Positions 27,654 to 39,092 of a stretch of DNA of 64,000 bases are shown here, piece after piece. Numbering within the stretch: position 1 is the stretch's first letter; the number at the start of each line of letters is the position of its first letter. Position numbers and translations under genes: made by a program. Source of the DNA: an uncultured Gemmatimonadaceae bacterium (GTDB lineage: Bacteria; Gemmatimonadota; Gemmatimonadetes; Gemmatimonadales; Gemmatimonadaceae); NCBI GenBank assembly GCA_963822945.1, contig CAWGJO010000020.1, forward strand, positions 544,001-608,000. Direction: 5' to 3'. Below the pieces are notes generated by a model. The model saw only the letters and a program-made list of their open reading frames with translations, had not been told where the DNA came from and did no database searches.

Positions 27654-29025
27654 CCCCACCCAGCTCCTCGTACAACATCGCCACCGCGCGGAGTCCGCGC
27701 GTGAAGTTGTCCATGCTCAGCCATTCGTTGGGCGCATGGGCATTTTCGCCGGGCAGGCCGAAGCCCATGAGCAGCACGGGAGCGCCGAGGATGCGCTCGA
27801 AGTCGTCCACCACGGGAATCGAGCCCCCCTCGCCGGTGATGACCGGCTCCTTGTCGAAGGCCGCGGCGAGTGCTCGCCGCCCCGCCTCGTAGAGCGGGCC
27901 GTCCAGCTCGGCCCGCCAGGGTTTGCCGCCGTGCAGCGGCGTCACCTGCACCGTCACCCCGTCGGGTGCGACGCGATCCACGTGCGCCTGCATCAGGCGT
28001 TCGATCTCGCGCGGGTCCTGGTCGGGCACCAATCGGCAGCTGACCTTTGCCATCGCCTTCGAGGGCAGAACGGTTTTGGCCCCTTCGCCGGTGTACCCGC
28101 TCAACAGGCCGTTCACCTCGCACGTCGGGCGCATCCAGATTCGCTCGAGGGTCGAGTATCCCTTCTCGCCTCCGAGTGCCGGCGCGCCGGTCTCGGCGCG
28201 GAACTGCTCCTCATCGAAGGGCAGGCCCCTGATATCGCGCCGCGCCTTCTCGCCCCAATCGCGGACCTTGTCGTAGAAGCCCGGAATGGCCACGTGGCCG
28301 TCCGCGTCATGCATCGTGGCGAGGATGCGCGCCAGGGCCATCGCGGGATTGACCACGGCACCGCCGTAGCTCCCCGAGTGGAGGTCGGTGGTGGGGCCGG
28401 TGAGGTCGATCTGGAAGTAGGCGAGCCCGCGGAGTGACGAGAGGATGGAGGGCAGTCCCGGCGCAAACATCGAGGAGTCGGAGATCACAACCCCGGTGCA
28501 CGCCAGTTCTGCCTTGTGGGCCTCGATGAACTCCGCGAGGTGGTCGCTTCCGACTTCTTCCTCGCCCTCGGCGAGGATGACGATGTTGATCGGGAGCGCG
28601 CCACGCACTTTGAGGTGCGCCTCGAGCGCCTTCATGTGGATGAACAGTTGGCCCTTGTCATCCACCGACCCGCGGGCGAACAGCTTGCCGTCGCGAATCG
28701 TGGGCTCGAACGCCGGGCTGTCCCACAGCTCGAGCGGCTCGGCCGGTTGGACATCGTAGTGGCCGTAGACGAGCACCGTCGGCGCGTCGGGTCCGGCGCC
28801 GCGCCATTCGCCGACCACGATCGGGTGGCCGGCCGTCGGATGGATGGTGGTACGCAAACCGGCAGCGGACAGATTGTCGGACACCCACTGGGCCGCCTTT
28901 GCGGTATCGGCGTTGTGGTCCGTCCGGGCGCTCACGCTGGGAATGCGCAGGAGATCGAAGAGCTCGCTGCGGATGCGCGGCTCGTTGGCGACGAAGAATG
29001 CGTCGAGATCGGGAGGAAGAGGCAT
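27640..29025 (-). CDS. M20 family dipeptidase
   Basis: YGHYDVQP, ARGSVDDKG, EGEEE, DLHSG, GGSIP and HAPNE. Confidence 0.9.
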   Translation of the reverse strand: MPLPPDLDAFFVANEPRIRSELFDLLRIPSVSARTDHNADTAKAAQWVSDNLSAAGLRTTIHPTAGHPIVVGEWRGAGPDAPTVLVYGHYDVQPAEPLELWDSPAFEPTIRDGKLFARGSVDDKGQLFIHMKALEAHLKVRGALPINIVILAEGEEEVGSDHLAEFIEAHKAELACTGVVISDSSMFAPGLPSILSSLRGLAYFQIDLTGPTTDLHSGSYGGAVVNPAMALARILATMHDADGHVAIPGFYDKVRDWGEKARRDIRGLPFDEEQFRAETGAPALGGEKGYSTLERIWMRPTCEVNGLLSGYTGEGAKTVLPSKAMAKVSCRLVPDQDPREIERLMQAHVDRVAPDGVTVQVTPLHGGKPWRAELDGPLYEAGRRALAAAFDKEPVITGEGGSIPVVDDFERILGAPVLLMGFGLPGENAHAPNEWLSMDNFTRGLRAVAMLYEELGGEREG

Positions 29026-29259
29026 AATGGTAAAGAAACGACCCGGGGACGAACCCGCGCAAGACCGAGCCGCCGCACCCGAGCGTGCACGCGGGACCGA
29101 GACCGCGCGGGGCATCAACGACGCAGGAACGATGCGACCGGCAAACGGAGGCTGCCGAGCCGCGAAGGGTCGGTTGGTGAGGACGGGAAGACCCAATGAA
29201 GAGCCAAGTTGGGCGCCCGGGTGGTGTGGACGCGTGACGCGGCGGTATACTCATGGGCC

Positions 29260-29760
29260 ATGTCTGCCAAGACCCCTCCCTCAGAAAGCGCGATCCAGCG
29301 TGAGCTGCAGCAGACGCGCCCATTCCACTCGATCGGCGCCGAAGGGATCATCAGCATCATGCGCACGTCGGCGCTCATCCAACGGCGGCTCAACGCGATC
29401 GTCTCTCGAGAGGGAATCACCCAGCAGCAGTACAACGTGCTGCGAATCCTGCGGGGGGCCGGCGAAGCCGGCATTCCGACGCTCGCCATCCGCGACCGCA
29501 TGATCGACGCGTCGCCCGGGGTTACCCGCCTCATCGACCGCCTGGAGCGGGCCGGCTACGCGCAGCGCGAGCGCTCGGCGCCCGACCGCCGGCAGGTCGT
29601 CTGCCGCATCACTGCCGCCGGCCTCTCGTTGCTGTCTCGCCTCGACGGCCCCGTCAGCGCCTACGACGACGACGCCGTGGCGATGTTGACCGCCGCCGAG
29701 AAACGGGAGTTGGTGCGGCTACTCGACTCGGTGCGCCGGGAGGACGCCGCTCGGGAGTGA
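29260..29760 (+). CDS. MarR family transcriptional regulator
   Basis: ITQQQYNVLRIL, VTRLIDRLE..G and DRR....IT..G. Confidence 0.9.
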   Translation: MSAKTPPSESAIQRELQQTRPFHSIGAEGIISIMRTSALIQRRLNAIVSREGITQQQYNVLRILRGAGEAGIPTLAIRDRMIDASPGVTRLIDRLERAGYAQRERSAPDRRQVVCRITAAGLSLLSRLDGPVSAYDDDAVAMLTAAEKRELVRLLDSVRREDAARE

Positions 29761-29780
29761 ACCGGCCCACCACCGTTCAT

Positions 29781-31340
29781 TCACCGACTCGCCGCGTCAC
29801 TGCTGTCGGGCCAGGTCCCCTTCCATCCACGCAGCACCCAGATCCGCCGATACGCGGCCACGTCGCCGTCGCGGCGCGTGAGGGGCACGAGCGATCCCTT
29901 CTCGATCGAGCGAAATTGCGGGCCGAGGACCACCGCGGTGTGGTGGGGCCATGCAACCTCGTCGAGCACGAGAACCAGATCGTCGCCCGGATGCGCGAGC
30001 GCTTGGAATCCGGGCCACAGGTCATACTGGTTCGGCCGTCCGGACAGATTCGTAGAGAACGTGACCGTCTGGTCGGGCATGTGGAACGCGAGTTCTGACG
30101 CGTCCTGATACTTGTCCGCGCCCACCCAGACATGGACGCTGTCGCCGGCGATCCGACGGCGGGCCGACGCCACGCTGTCGGCCAGCTGCTGCCATCCGGC
30201 GGATCGCGCAACCGGATCGCGGCGGGCCGGCAGGGGGAGCACCGGCGTCACGGACTGCACGTAGATAACGGACGATGCCAGCGCGGCGAGCCCCACGCCC
30301 CACCAGAACCACTTGCGGGCGATCCGGCCCCAGTCGGTGAGCGCCAGGAGTGGCACCGCGGGTACGTATGCGATCGCGGGCCAGTTGGCCTCGACGGGAC
30401 GGCGAAGGGCGCTGAACACGAACAGGCCCACACTGGTGAGCGCCACGACGGCCAGCAGGTAGTGGACGTCGGAGTCGGGACGCCGGAAGGCTCGCCAGAC
30501 GGCAATGGCCAGCAACACGAGAATGATCGGTGACGCGAGACCTGCCTGTCCGCCCACCAGGTTCAGTTCGCGCTTGAGCGGCGATCCCGTGGGGGCGCCC
30601 AGCCCATGGTGGATCTGGAACCCGAAGGAGATCCACCCGTGGTGTGAATTCCACACGAGCACAGGGATGAATACGATCAGCGCCGCGAGGCATGCCACGT
30701 ACGGCCCCGGTTCCGCCAACCGGGCCCGGAGGCCGCGGCGGGTGAGTACGGCGATGGTGACGCCCACCGGCAGCAGAATGGACGTGTACTTCGAGGAGAA
30801 GGCGAGGCCGAGGGACACGCCGGCGGCGATCCACCACCAGAGCGCGGGCGTGGACCGCGGCGGATGGCCGAGTGCGCGGACCACGCAGTAGAGACCGGCC
30901 GCCGCGGTCATCAGGAGTGGAACGTCCGGTGTGGCAAGCACCATCCCGGAAGCCGCCAGCGGCATGACCGCGAACACCACCGCCGCCAGGAATCCGGCCC
31001 GATCGCCGCCCACCCGCCGTGCGATCGCAGCCCCGAACAGCGACGCCAGGAACCCGGCAACGATCACGAGGAATCGAACGGCGATCGGCGACCGGGAAAG
31101 ACCCACGGCCGCGGCCACCCACGTTCCGCCGCGAATGAGGGCGGCGATGCCCCAGGGGTGGTCGAAGTAGCCCGCCGCCAGATGCCGCGACCATTCCCAG
31201 TAGTAGGTCTCGTCGGGGAACAGGGGGATGAGGGCGGCGAACAGCAGCCGGATCAGTGCCGCCACGCCAAGCACTGCGAGCGCGAGATGCCAGTCGTTCC
31301 GGACGCGCCGGCCGCCGTCGGGCGAGACCGCCGGCGTCAT
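29781..31340 (-). CDS. GT39/ArnT-like membrane glycosyltransferase
   Basis: DETYYWEWS..L..GYFDHP, TPD, SKY and NW motifs; multi-TM; ATGA overlap with the upstream gene. Confidence 0.85.
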   Translation of the reverse strand: MTPAVSPDGGRRVRNDWHLALAVLGVAALIRLLFAALIPLFPDETYYWEWSRHLAAGYFDHPWGIAALIRGGTWVAAAVGLSRSPIAVRFLVIVAGFLASLFGAAIARRVGGDRAGFLAAVVFAVMPLAASGMVLATPDVPLLMTAAAGLYCVVRALGHPPRSTPALWWWIAAGVSLGLAFSSKYTSILLPVGVTIAVLTRRGLRARLAEPGPYVACLAALIVFIPVLVWNSHHGWISFGFQIHHGLGAPTGSPLKRELNLVGGQAGLASPIILVLLAIAVWRAFRRPDSDVHYLLAVVALTSVGLFVFSALRRPVEANWPAIAYVPAVPLLALTDWGRIARKWFWWGVGLAALASSVIYVQSVTPVLPLPARRDPVARSAGWQQLADSVASARRRIAGDSVHVWVGADKYQDASELAFHMPDQTVTFSTNLSGRPNQYDLWPGFQALAHPGDDLVLVLDEVAWPHHTAVVLGPQFRSIEKGSLVPLTRRDGDVAAYRRIWVLRGWKGTWPDSSDAASR

Positions 31341-32683
31341 GCGCGGTCCGCCGCCGGTGCGGACCGGCGTCGGCGCCACGCGAACCGAATCAGGACCAGG
31401 CCCCAGATCCAGATGAGCCACGACATGCGCTCGTTTTCCGAGAGCATGGTGAACATGCGCGCGGCAACGAGCGGCAGGGTGGCCGCCAGCCGCCACGGCG
31501 AGAAGCCCGTATTGGCCTGGCGTCGCTCCACGACGCGGGTGCCTTCGATGCCTCGGGTTCTGATCACGCGGTCGATGGACTCGGCGAGGGAATCGGTGCC
31601 CATGCCGCGCCATCCCGGGAGCTGGATCAGCGTCCATGCCGGCGCGGTGAAGCCCCAGCCGTGATTGTCCGTGCCCGCCACCAGGGCCAGGTTGAAGGTG
31701 TCGGCGACGGTGTTGATCGCCATCCGCTTGCGGCGCGTCTCACCGAGGCCGCGCGGCGAACCGTCCACGATCTCCATGGCGCGGACGCCGGGAGTGCGGG
31801 GGCCCGTGGCCGGGTGCAGATGCCGCAGTTCGCCTGGAAAGGTGAAGATGACGATCGGCTCGTGGTTGGGCAGCATGCTGGCCATGGCGAGCGACGTGTC
31901 GTCGATGTCGCGCAGATTCGGATCCGTGAGCCCGCGATACGTCCGCTGGGCTCCGAGAACGTTCACGTGGGCTCCGTCCCACACGACTTCCAGACCCTGC
32001 AGGAGCATCGTGCCCTGCCCGGCCTGGTCTGGATTGCCCGCGATCCCCTCTTCGGCGCCGCGGACGGTCCGATGGTCGGTGATGTACGCCACGTCGTAGC
32101 CCGCGCGCTGGTGCCAGCGCCGGTTGGCTTCGGGACTGAACCAGGGCGCGCCGTCATGTGAGTAGCGGGTGTGCGAATGGAAATCGGCAACGAGCAGGAT
32201 GTCGTTGAGCGGCGTATCGACGACCAGCGACGCCATGGGCCGCGGCACGACGGCGCCGGCGGCGTAGATCAGCACCAGCGCGACGAGCGCGACGCCCGCG
32301 GCCGCGGCTTCGCGCCACGGGGTGGTGCCGCGGCGCACACCGCGCCAGCTTCGCCAGGCGACGAAGATCACCGCGTACGACGCGAGAATCGCCAGGTGCT
32401 GGCGAAGACTCATCAGCGACAGCGTATCGAATACGTTGCACACGGGCGCCAGCAGCAGATAGCCGGCCGACAACACCAGGTGCACGAAGGGCACGGGTTC
32501 GAAGGTGCTCGCATCGCGAAGGGGGTCGACGGCGAAGGGAGCCGAGAAGACCACGACGACGGTGAGCAGCACGGCCACCCACGGGGCGCGTCGAAGCCAG
32601 GCGAGACGGTCGGTCGGGGCCGCGGGTTCGGCAGCAACGCGGCCTGGTTTGCGGGATCGACGGGAGTGAGAGGCGGCAGCCAC
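31337..32683 (-). CDS. Membrane-anchored PHP-domain metallo-phosphoesterase (start uncertain)
   Basis: DFHSHT.YSHDG, ITDH, GLE, HVN and GTDNH motifs flanked by TM helices. Confidence 0.75.
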   Translation of the reverse strand: MAAASHSRRSRKPGRVAAEPAAPTDRLAWLRRAPWVAVLLTVVVVFSAPFAVDPLRDASTFEPVPFVHLVLSAGYLLLAPVCNVFDTLSLMSLRQHLAILASYAVIFVAWRSWRGVRRGTTPWREAAAAGVALVALVLIYAAGAVVPRPMASLVVDTPLNDILLVADFHSHTRYSHDGAPWFSPEANRRWHQRAGYDVAYITDHRTVRGAEEGIAGNPDQAGQGTMLLQGLEVVWDGAHVNVLGAQRTYRGLTDPNLRDIDDTSLAMASMLPNHEPIVIFTFPGELRHLHPATGPRTPGVRAMEIVDGSPRGLGETRRKRMAINTVADTFNLALVAGTDNHGWGFTAPAWTLIQLPGWRGMGTDSLAESIDRVIRTRGIEGTRVVERRQANTGFSPWRLAATLPLVAARMFTMLSENERMSWLIWIWGLVLIRFAWRRRRSAPAADRA

Positions 32684-32769
32684 AGCGGGTCGGGTTGAAT
32701 GGCCAGGAGTTGCCGGACGGCGAGTGACCGAAGACGATAAGCTAGTGACACTTTTCTCAGAGCGCACGA

Positions 32770-34821
<2,052 letters not shown>

Positions 34822-34838
34822 CCGCCGGGAGCGCCGCG

Positions 34839-35675
34839 CTACCGCAGCACCGTTCGAAAGACGAAGGACGTATCGACGAGGAAGAAGGAGCGGTTGATTC
34901 CGCTGGGGTCGAACGCGACGTAGCGCGGGCCGGCACGAAGCACGAGGAAGGGAAGCCCGGCCGGCGCGAAGTGGGCCGCGGATTCGACGGCGGCGGCCAC
35001 CCGCCCGCACACGCCGGCATCGGTCACGACGTGCACCGCGCTCGAGTCCAGCCCGGCGAGCCCGAGTCGGTTCACCATCGCCAGTTCGTCGGCCTCGCGT
35101 GCGGCGATCATTTCCTTGAGAGCCGCAATGCGCAGTTCGCCGCCGTCAGCGGTACTCGCACAGGCCCCGTGCGATCCGTCGGCGGCCGGTGCCGCCGCGG
35201 CACTCCGCAACGCGAGGGTCTGCGCGCTGGAGACACCGGGCATGTGCCGCAGGGCGTCGGCGGCCGCATCGAGCGCGCTCACCGACCCGGCATCGGCGAG
35301 ACGCACCAGGTAGTAGCCGTCCAGACCACCGTCGCTGTGGTCACCCCCCACCACCACGCCGCACACCCGGTCGACCGCGGCCTGGCGCTGGGCCTGCGAC
35401 GCCGTGGAGTCGAAGCGCGCCGCCAGCAGATTGCGCACGTAGCGCATTCCCGGACGCGATGCCGTCGTGATCGTCCCAAGGGAATCGAGGACGTTCTCGG
35501 GAATCGTGTCGGGGGCGAGCGGGGGCACGACCTCGCGGGACGCACACGCGGGGTGCGGTACCAACGCCACGTGCTGGGCCGCCACCGGACGCGCGAGCAG
35601 TGCGCCGGCCGCCGCGACCAGCGCGAACGAGAGTGTCCGGCCTGCTACTGCCACCACAGCCGTACCGACGCCCAT
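34839..35675 (-). CDS. Hypothetical exported protein
   Basis: Signal-like N-terminus ending AAQ; Cys pairs; central ferredoxin-like segment. Confidence 0.6.
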   Translation of the reverse strand: MGVGTAVVAVAGRTLSFALVAAAGALLARPVAAQHVALVPHPACASREVVPPLAPDTIPENVLDSLGTITTASRPGMRYVRNLLAARFDSTASQAQRQAAVDRVCGVVVGGDHSDGGLDGYYLVRLADAGSVSALDAAADALRHMPGVSSAQTLALRSAAAAPAADGSHGACASTADGGELRIAALKEMIAAREADELAMVNRLGLAGLDSSAVHVVTDAGVCGRVAAAVESAAHFAPAGLPFLVLRAGPRYVAFDPSGINRSFFLVDTSFVFRTVLR

Positions 35676-36400
35676 GATTCGGGCCTGAACAGATCGGGAT
35701 CGAGCTTCACGTTCACCCGCACGTCGGAATAGTCCTCCTCGTAGACCAGCTTTCCCGCCGAGAGCACCTGCACCTGCTCGGCCAGCCACCCGCCGGGTTT
35801 GGGCACGTACCGATTGAACCGGACGTCCTGCCATGCGGTGCGCGCCTCGTTGCTCTGAATGAGCCGCACGAACAGCAGTCGCTCGGCGTCCACCCAGAAT
35901 TGCGTGGCGGTCGTGTCGCCGGCCGCCGCCCCCACCACGTACACCGGCCGCCCCTGGAAGGTGTCACGATGCACCCGGCTCAGATCGACGCCCTCATCCT
36001 GCAGCACCGCCGCCGTCCGGGCGACCGGCTGCTTGTACACGTCGAAGCCGAGGATGAGTAGCAGGTTCCGCCCCGCCGTGGCCCGCGCGAGCTTGCCGCT
36101 CGTGAAGCTGTAGGTGCTGTCGTTCCGGAAGATGGCGCCGTTTCGCGCGGCCGCCTCTCCCATGTCGATGCGCAGGCGTCCGGGAGCGGAGAGGGCCTCG
36201 TGCCAGGTCTGCACGCGCGCCTCGGATCCGTCGGGCTTGTACCAGATGCTCTTCTGGATGAAGGTGAGCGTAGGATACCACGTGGCCGCGTAGCGATCGT
36301 GCATCGCGGTGAGGACCTGATGGCCGTCGGTGAGCGTCGGCGCCTGGGCGCCGAGCAGCGTGGGGACCGAGAGCGTGGCCAGGATGAGCAGGCGGCGCAT
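35645..36400 (-). CDS. Exported protein, LolA-like fold (tentative)
   Basis: C-terminal part of track ORF 35645-37582; signal peptide MRRLLILATL..GAQ; FWVD.E and LDP.LF.P motifs. Confidence 0.7.
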   Translation of the reverse strand: MRRLLILATLSVPTLLGAQAPTLTDGHQVLTAMHDRYAATWYPTLTFIQKSIWYKPDGSEARVQTWHEALSAPGRLRIDMGEAAARNGAIFRNDSTYSFTSGKLARATAGRNLLLILGFDVYKQPVARTAAVLQDEGVDLSRVHRDTFQGRPVYVVGAAAGDTTATQFWVDAERLLFVRLIQSNEARTAWQDVRFNRYVPKPGGWLAEQVQVLSAGKLVYEEDYSDVRVNVKLDPDLFRPESWASVRLWWQ

Positions 36401-36537
36401 GAGAGGCTCCGATGGAATTTCGCGACCCGGGGAGACCGGCTCGACCGGCGAACGTCGGGATCGCGGAAACTGGGACGGCGGGTGATTCGGAATTCGGTGA
36501 ATACTACGACGTGCACGGCCCGGCGGGGCGGGATGGC

Positions 36538-37227
36538 TCAGGCTTCGAGCCGGTAGCCCGCCTTCCAGACCGTCAGGATGTGTCGGGGCTTGGAGGGATC
36601 GTCTTCGAGCTTGCGGCGCAATTCGGCGATGTGGATGTCCACCGTACGCGTCATGACGTCGGCGCTGTAGCCCCACACTTCCTTCAGTAGTTCGAGCCGC
36701 GAAACCACGGCGCCCCGCCGTCGGACGAGCATGAGCAGCAGGTCGAATTCCTTGGGACTCAACGAGACGGGCTGGTCGCCGCGGGTCACGGTGCGGGATG
36801 CCGGGTTGATCTCCACGGCACCGAACCGTTCGACCGATTCGATACCGGTCCCGTCGTCGGGCTGGCGGGCCCGGCGGAGCAGCGCCGCAACGCGGGCCAG
36901 CAGTTCCAGCACGCCGCACGGCTTGGTGACGTAGTCGTCGGCACCGAGGCGGAAGCCGAGGACCTTGTCGGTTTCCTCGCCGCGTGCGGTGAGAATGAGG
37001 ACCGGCATCTGAAGCCCTTCGTCGCGCAGCGCGCGCAGGACCCGGTAGCCATCCATGCCGGGAAGCATGAGATCGAGGATGACGAGGTGCGGGTGCCAAT
37101 CGCGGGCCCGCGCGAGGCCGGTCTCGCCGTCGCCGGCCACGTCGGCTTCGTACCCTTCGATCTCGAGCCCGGTGCGCAGCCCGTACGCGAGATCCGGATT
37201 GTCTTCGATGATCAGAATGCGATTCAT
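36538..37227 (-). CDS. OmpR family response regulator
   Basis: ILIIEDN, DLMLPGMDG, GADDYVTKP and TRTVDIHI..LR.KL. Confidence 0.92.
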   Translation of the reverse strand: MNRILIIEDNPDLAYGLRTGLEIEGYEADVAGDGETGLARARDWHPHLVILDLMLPGMDGYRVLRALRDEGLQMPVLILTARGEETDKVLGFRLGADDYVTKPCGVLELLARVAALLRRARQPDDGTGIESVERFGAVEINPASRTVTRGDQPVSLSPKEFDLLLMLVRRRGAVVSRLELLKEVWGYSADVMTRTVDIHIAELRRKLEDDPSKPRHILTVWKAGYRLEA

Positions 37228-38948
37228 GTGGGTGGCTCCTCGGGCACCGTGGCTTCGGTGGCCTGCAACGTGAAGAGAACGCGCACCCCGCCGCCAGGCG
37301 ACGGTTCCATGCTGCAGTGCCCGCCGTGCATCTGCACCAAGTCGCGGACCACGGAGAGGCCGATGCCGCTGCCTCCGGTGCCGCGTTCGGCATCTCGCCC
37401 CAGGCGCACGTACGGTTCCCAGACGCGGGGCCGGTCGACTTCCGATACGCCGGGCCCCTCGTCGTCGATCCAGATCCGCACCCACTCGCGCGTGCGGGCG
37501 CTGCCGACCGTAATCGTCTGCCCCTCGGGGCCGTACTTGGCGGCGTTGTCCAGCAGATTGAGCAGGATCTGCCGCAGCGCATTGCGGTCGGCGAGCGCCA
37601 CGAGTCCGATCTCGATCTCGGCCCGGAGCTTCATTTTCCGCGAGCGCGCCAGCGGCGTGAAGAGTTCGAGGGCGTCGCGCAGTTCCTTCTCGACGTCCGT
37701 CGGGACCGGGGCGATGCGGTTCTGCCGGCGCTCGGCGCGCGCGAAGTTGAGCACGTTCTCCACCAGATAGGTCAGTCGCCGAGCCTCCTGATCGATGATG
37801 CCGGCCGACCGGACCCGTTCCTCCTCGGTGCGCAGCTTGCCCATGTGCAGCAGTTCGGAGAACCAGCGGATCTGGGCGAGCGGTGTCCGCAACTCGTGCG
37901 ACACGCCGGATACGAATTCCGTGCGCAGGCGGGCCAACTCCTGCTCGCGACGCAGCTGCACGAGTGCGATGGCGAGCAACAGGGCCATCAACAGCAGCAG
38001 GGCCAGCAGCATCGGGAGCCGCGACGGCGGAAGTCCGCCGACGATCAACCGATCGGCCACATCCGGTCGCAGGGCGATGCGGAGCACGAGGCGTCCGAAG
38101 TTGGATTCCAGCGTATCCGTGGCGTTGTACGTCAGGTCGTACTGGCCCGGCGATCCGAACAGCGGATCGCCCGATCCGTCCTCGATGACCATGGAGAGCA
38201 CGGAGTCGAGCGGCATGTTCCCCACCAGAGACGGGGGGAGCAGCGCGCTGCGGCGATACACCGCCTGGAACGCCGGGGTCAGAAAGGGCAGCGGCGGAGT
38301 CTCGTATCCGTAGATGACCACGGGCCGTCCGTCCATGTTGCGCGAGACCAGGAACACCAGCAGGCGCGGGCGGAGTTCCACATGACCGAGGATCATCACG
38401 TACGAGTCGTTGGTGACGATCACGCGCATCATCGCCTGGGGGCGCGCCGCGATGTCCGAGGAGCCGTAGGCCTTGGGGAGCATCTCCTTGAGCGGCGGCA
38501 TCCGTTTCACGTAGGCGAGGATCGTATCCCGCGCCCAGCGCAATTCGCCCGACGAGGCGTTCGTCGGCGTCGTCAGCAGCGGCCCGTCGGGCCAGTCGAT
38601 TCTGAAGTAGTACCGCACACTGTCCAGGCACTTGCACCAGCCCGCGTAGTCGCGGGCCAGCGTGGCCACCGCCTCCGGGGAGAGCAACGACGCCGGCAGT
38701 CGCTCGGGATTCACCCGCATGGCGGCCTGGCCGAGCGACGGGATCATGCTCGTGAGCAACTCGTTCTTGATCTGCTGCCCGAACTGCCAGTCGGCGAACG
38801 ACGCGTAGTCGCGCAGCGTGCGTTCGGCGGTGAGCCGGTGTCCCCGCGCCGCCACCTGGGCCTCGTACACGAGCATCGCGGTGATCACGAGCGCGAGCCC
38901 GAGCACCACCACGGTACCGATCAGCCGGGAGGGACGCGAAGGGGTCAT
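37224..38948 (-). CDS. Membrane sensor histidine kinase
   Basis: Two TM helices; VSHELRTPL, NLLDNA.KY, D.GPG and GSGIGL. Confidence 0.92.
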   Translation of the reverse strand: MTPSRPSRLIGTVVVLGLALVITAMLVYEAQVAARGHRLTAERTLRDYASFADWQFGQQIKNELLTSMIPSLGQAAMRVNPERLPASLLSPEAVATLARDYAGWCKCLDSVRYYFRIDWPDGPLLTTPTNASSGELRWARDTILAYVKRMPPLKEMLPKAYGSSDIAARPQAMMRVIVTNDSYVMILGHVELRPRLLVFLVSRNMDGRPVVIYGYETPPLPFLTPAFQAVYRRSALLPPSLVGNMPLDSVLSMVIEDGSGDPLFGSPGQYDLTYNATDTLESNFGRLVLRIALRPDVADRLIVGGLPPSRLPMLLALLLLMALLLAIALVQLRREQELARLRTEFVSGVSHELRTPLAQIRWFSELLHMGKLRTEEERVRSAGIIDQEARRLTYLVENVLNFARAERRQNRIAPVPTDVEKELRDALELFTPLARSRKMKLRAEIEIGLVALADRNALRQILLNLLDNAAKYGPEGQTITVGSARTREWVRIWIDDEGPGVSEVDRPRVWEPYVRLGRDAERGTGGSGIGLSVVRDLVQMHGGHCSMEPSPGGGVRVLFTLQATEATVPEEPPT

Positions 38949-39092
38949 GGTACGTCGAAATGAAACCCTCCGGCCGGAGACCAGCCAGAGCGGCCGGGGC
39001 GCGTCTTACCAAAGGCTTACAGCGGCCGACGCGAAACACGCCGGAAGCACCGGTCGGCTTGACTGTGCGAGCCAATGCGGCAAACTCCACAC

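Noticed and set aside
36538..39090. 850-aa ORF, and likewise 60803-63805, 47729-49738, 35645-37582 and 53160-54962, as long multidomain proteins
   Set aside because: Only the C-terminal parts are real genes; the N-terminal extensions are alternate frames of the upstream coupled genes.
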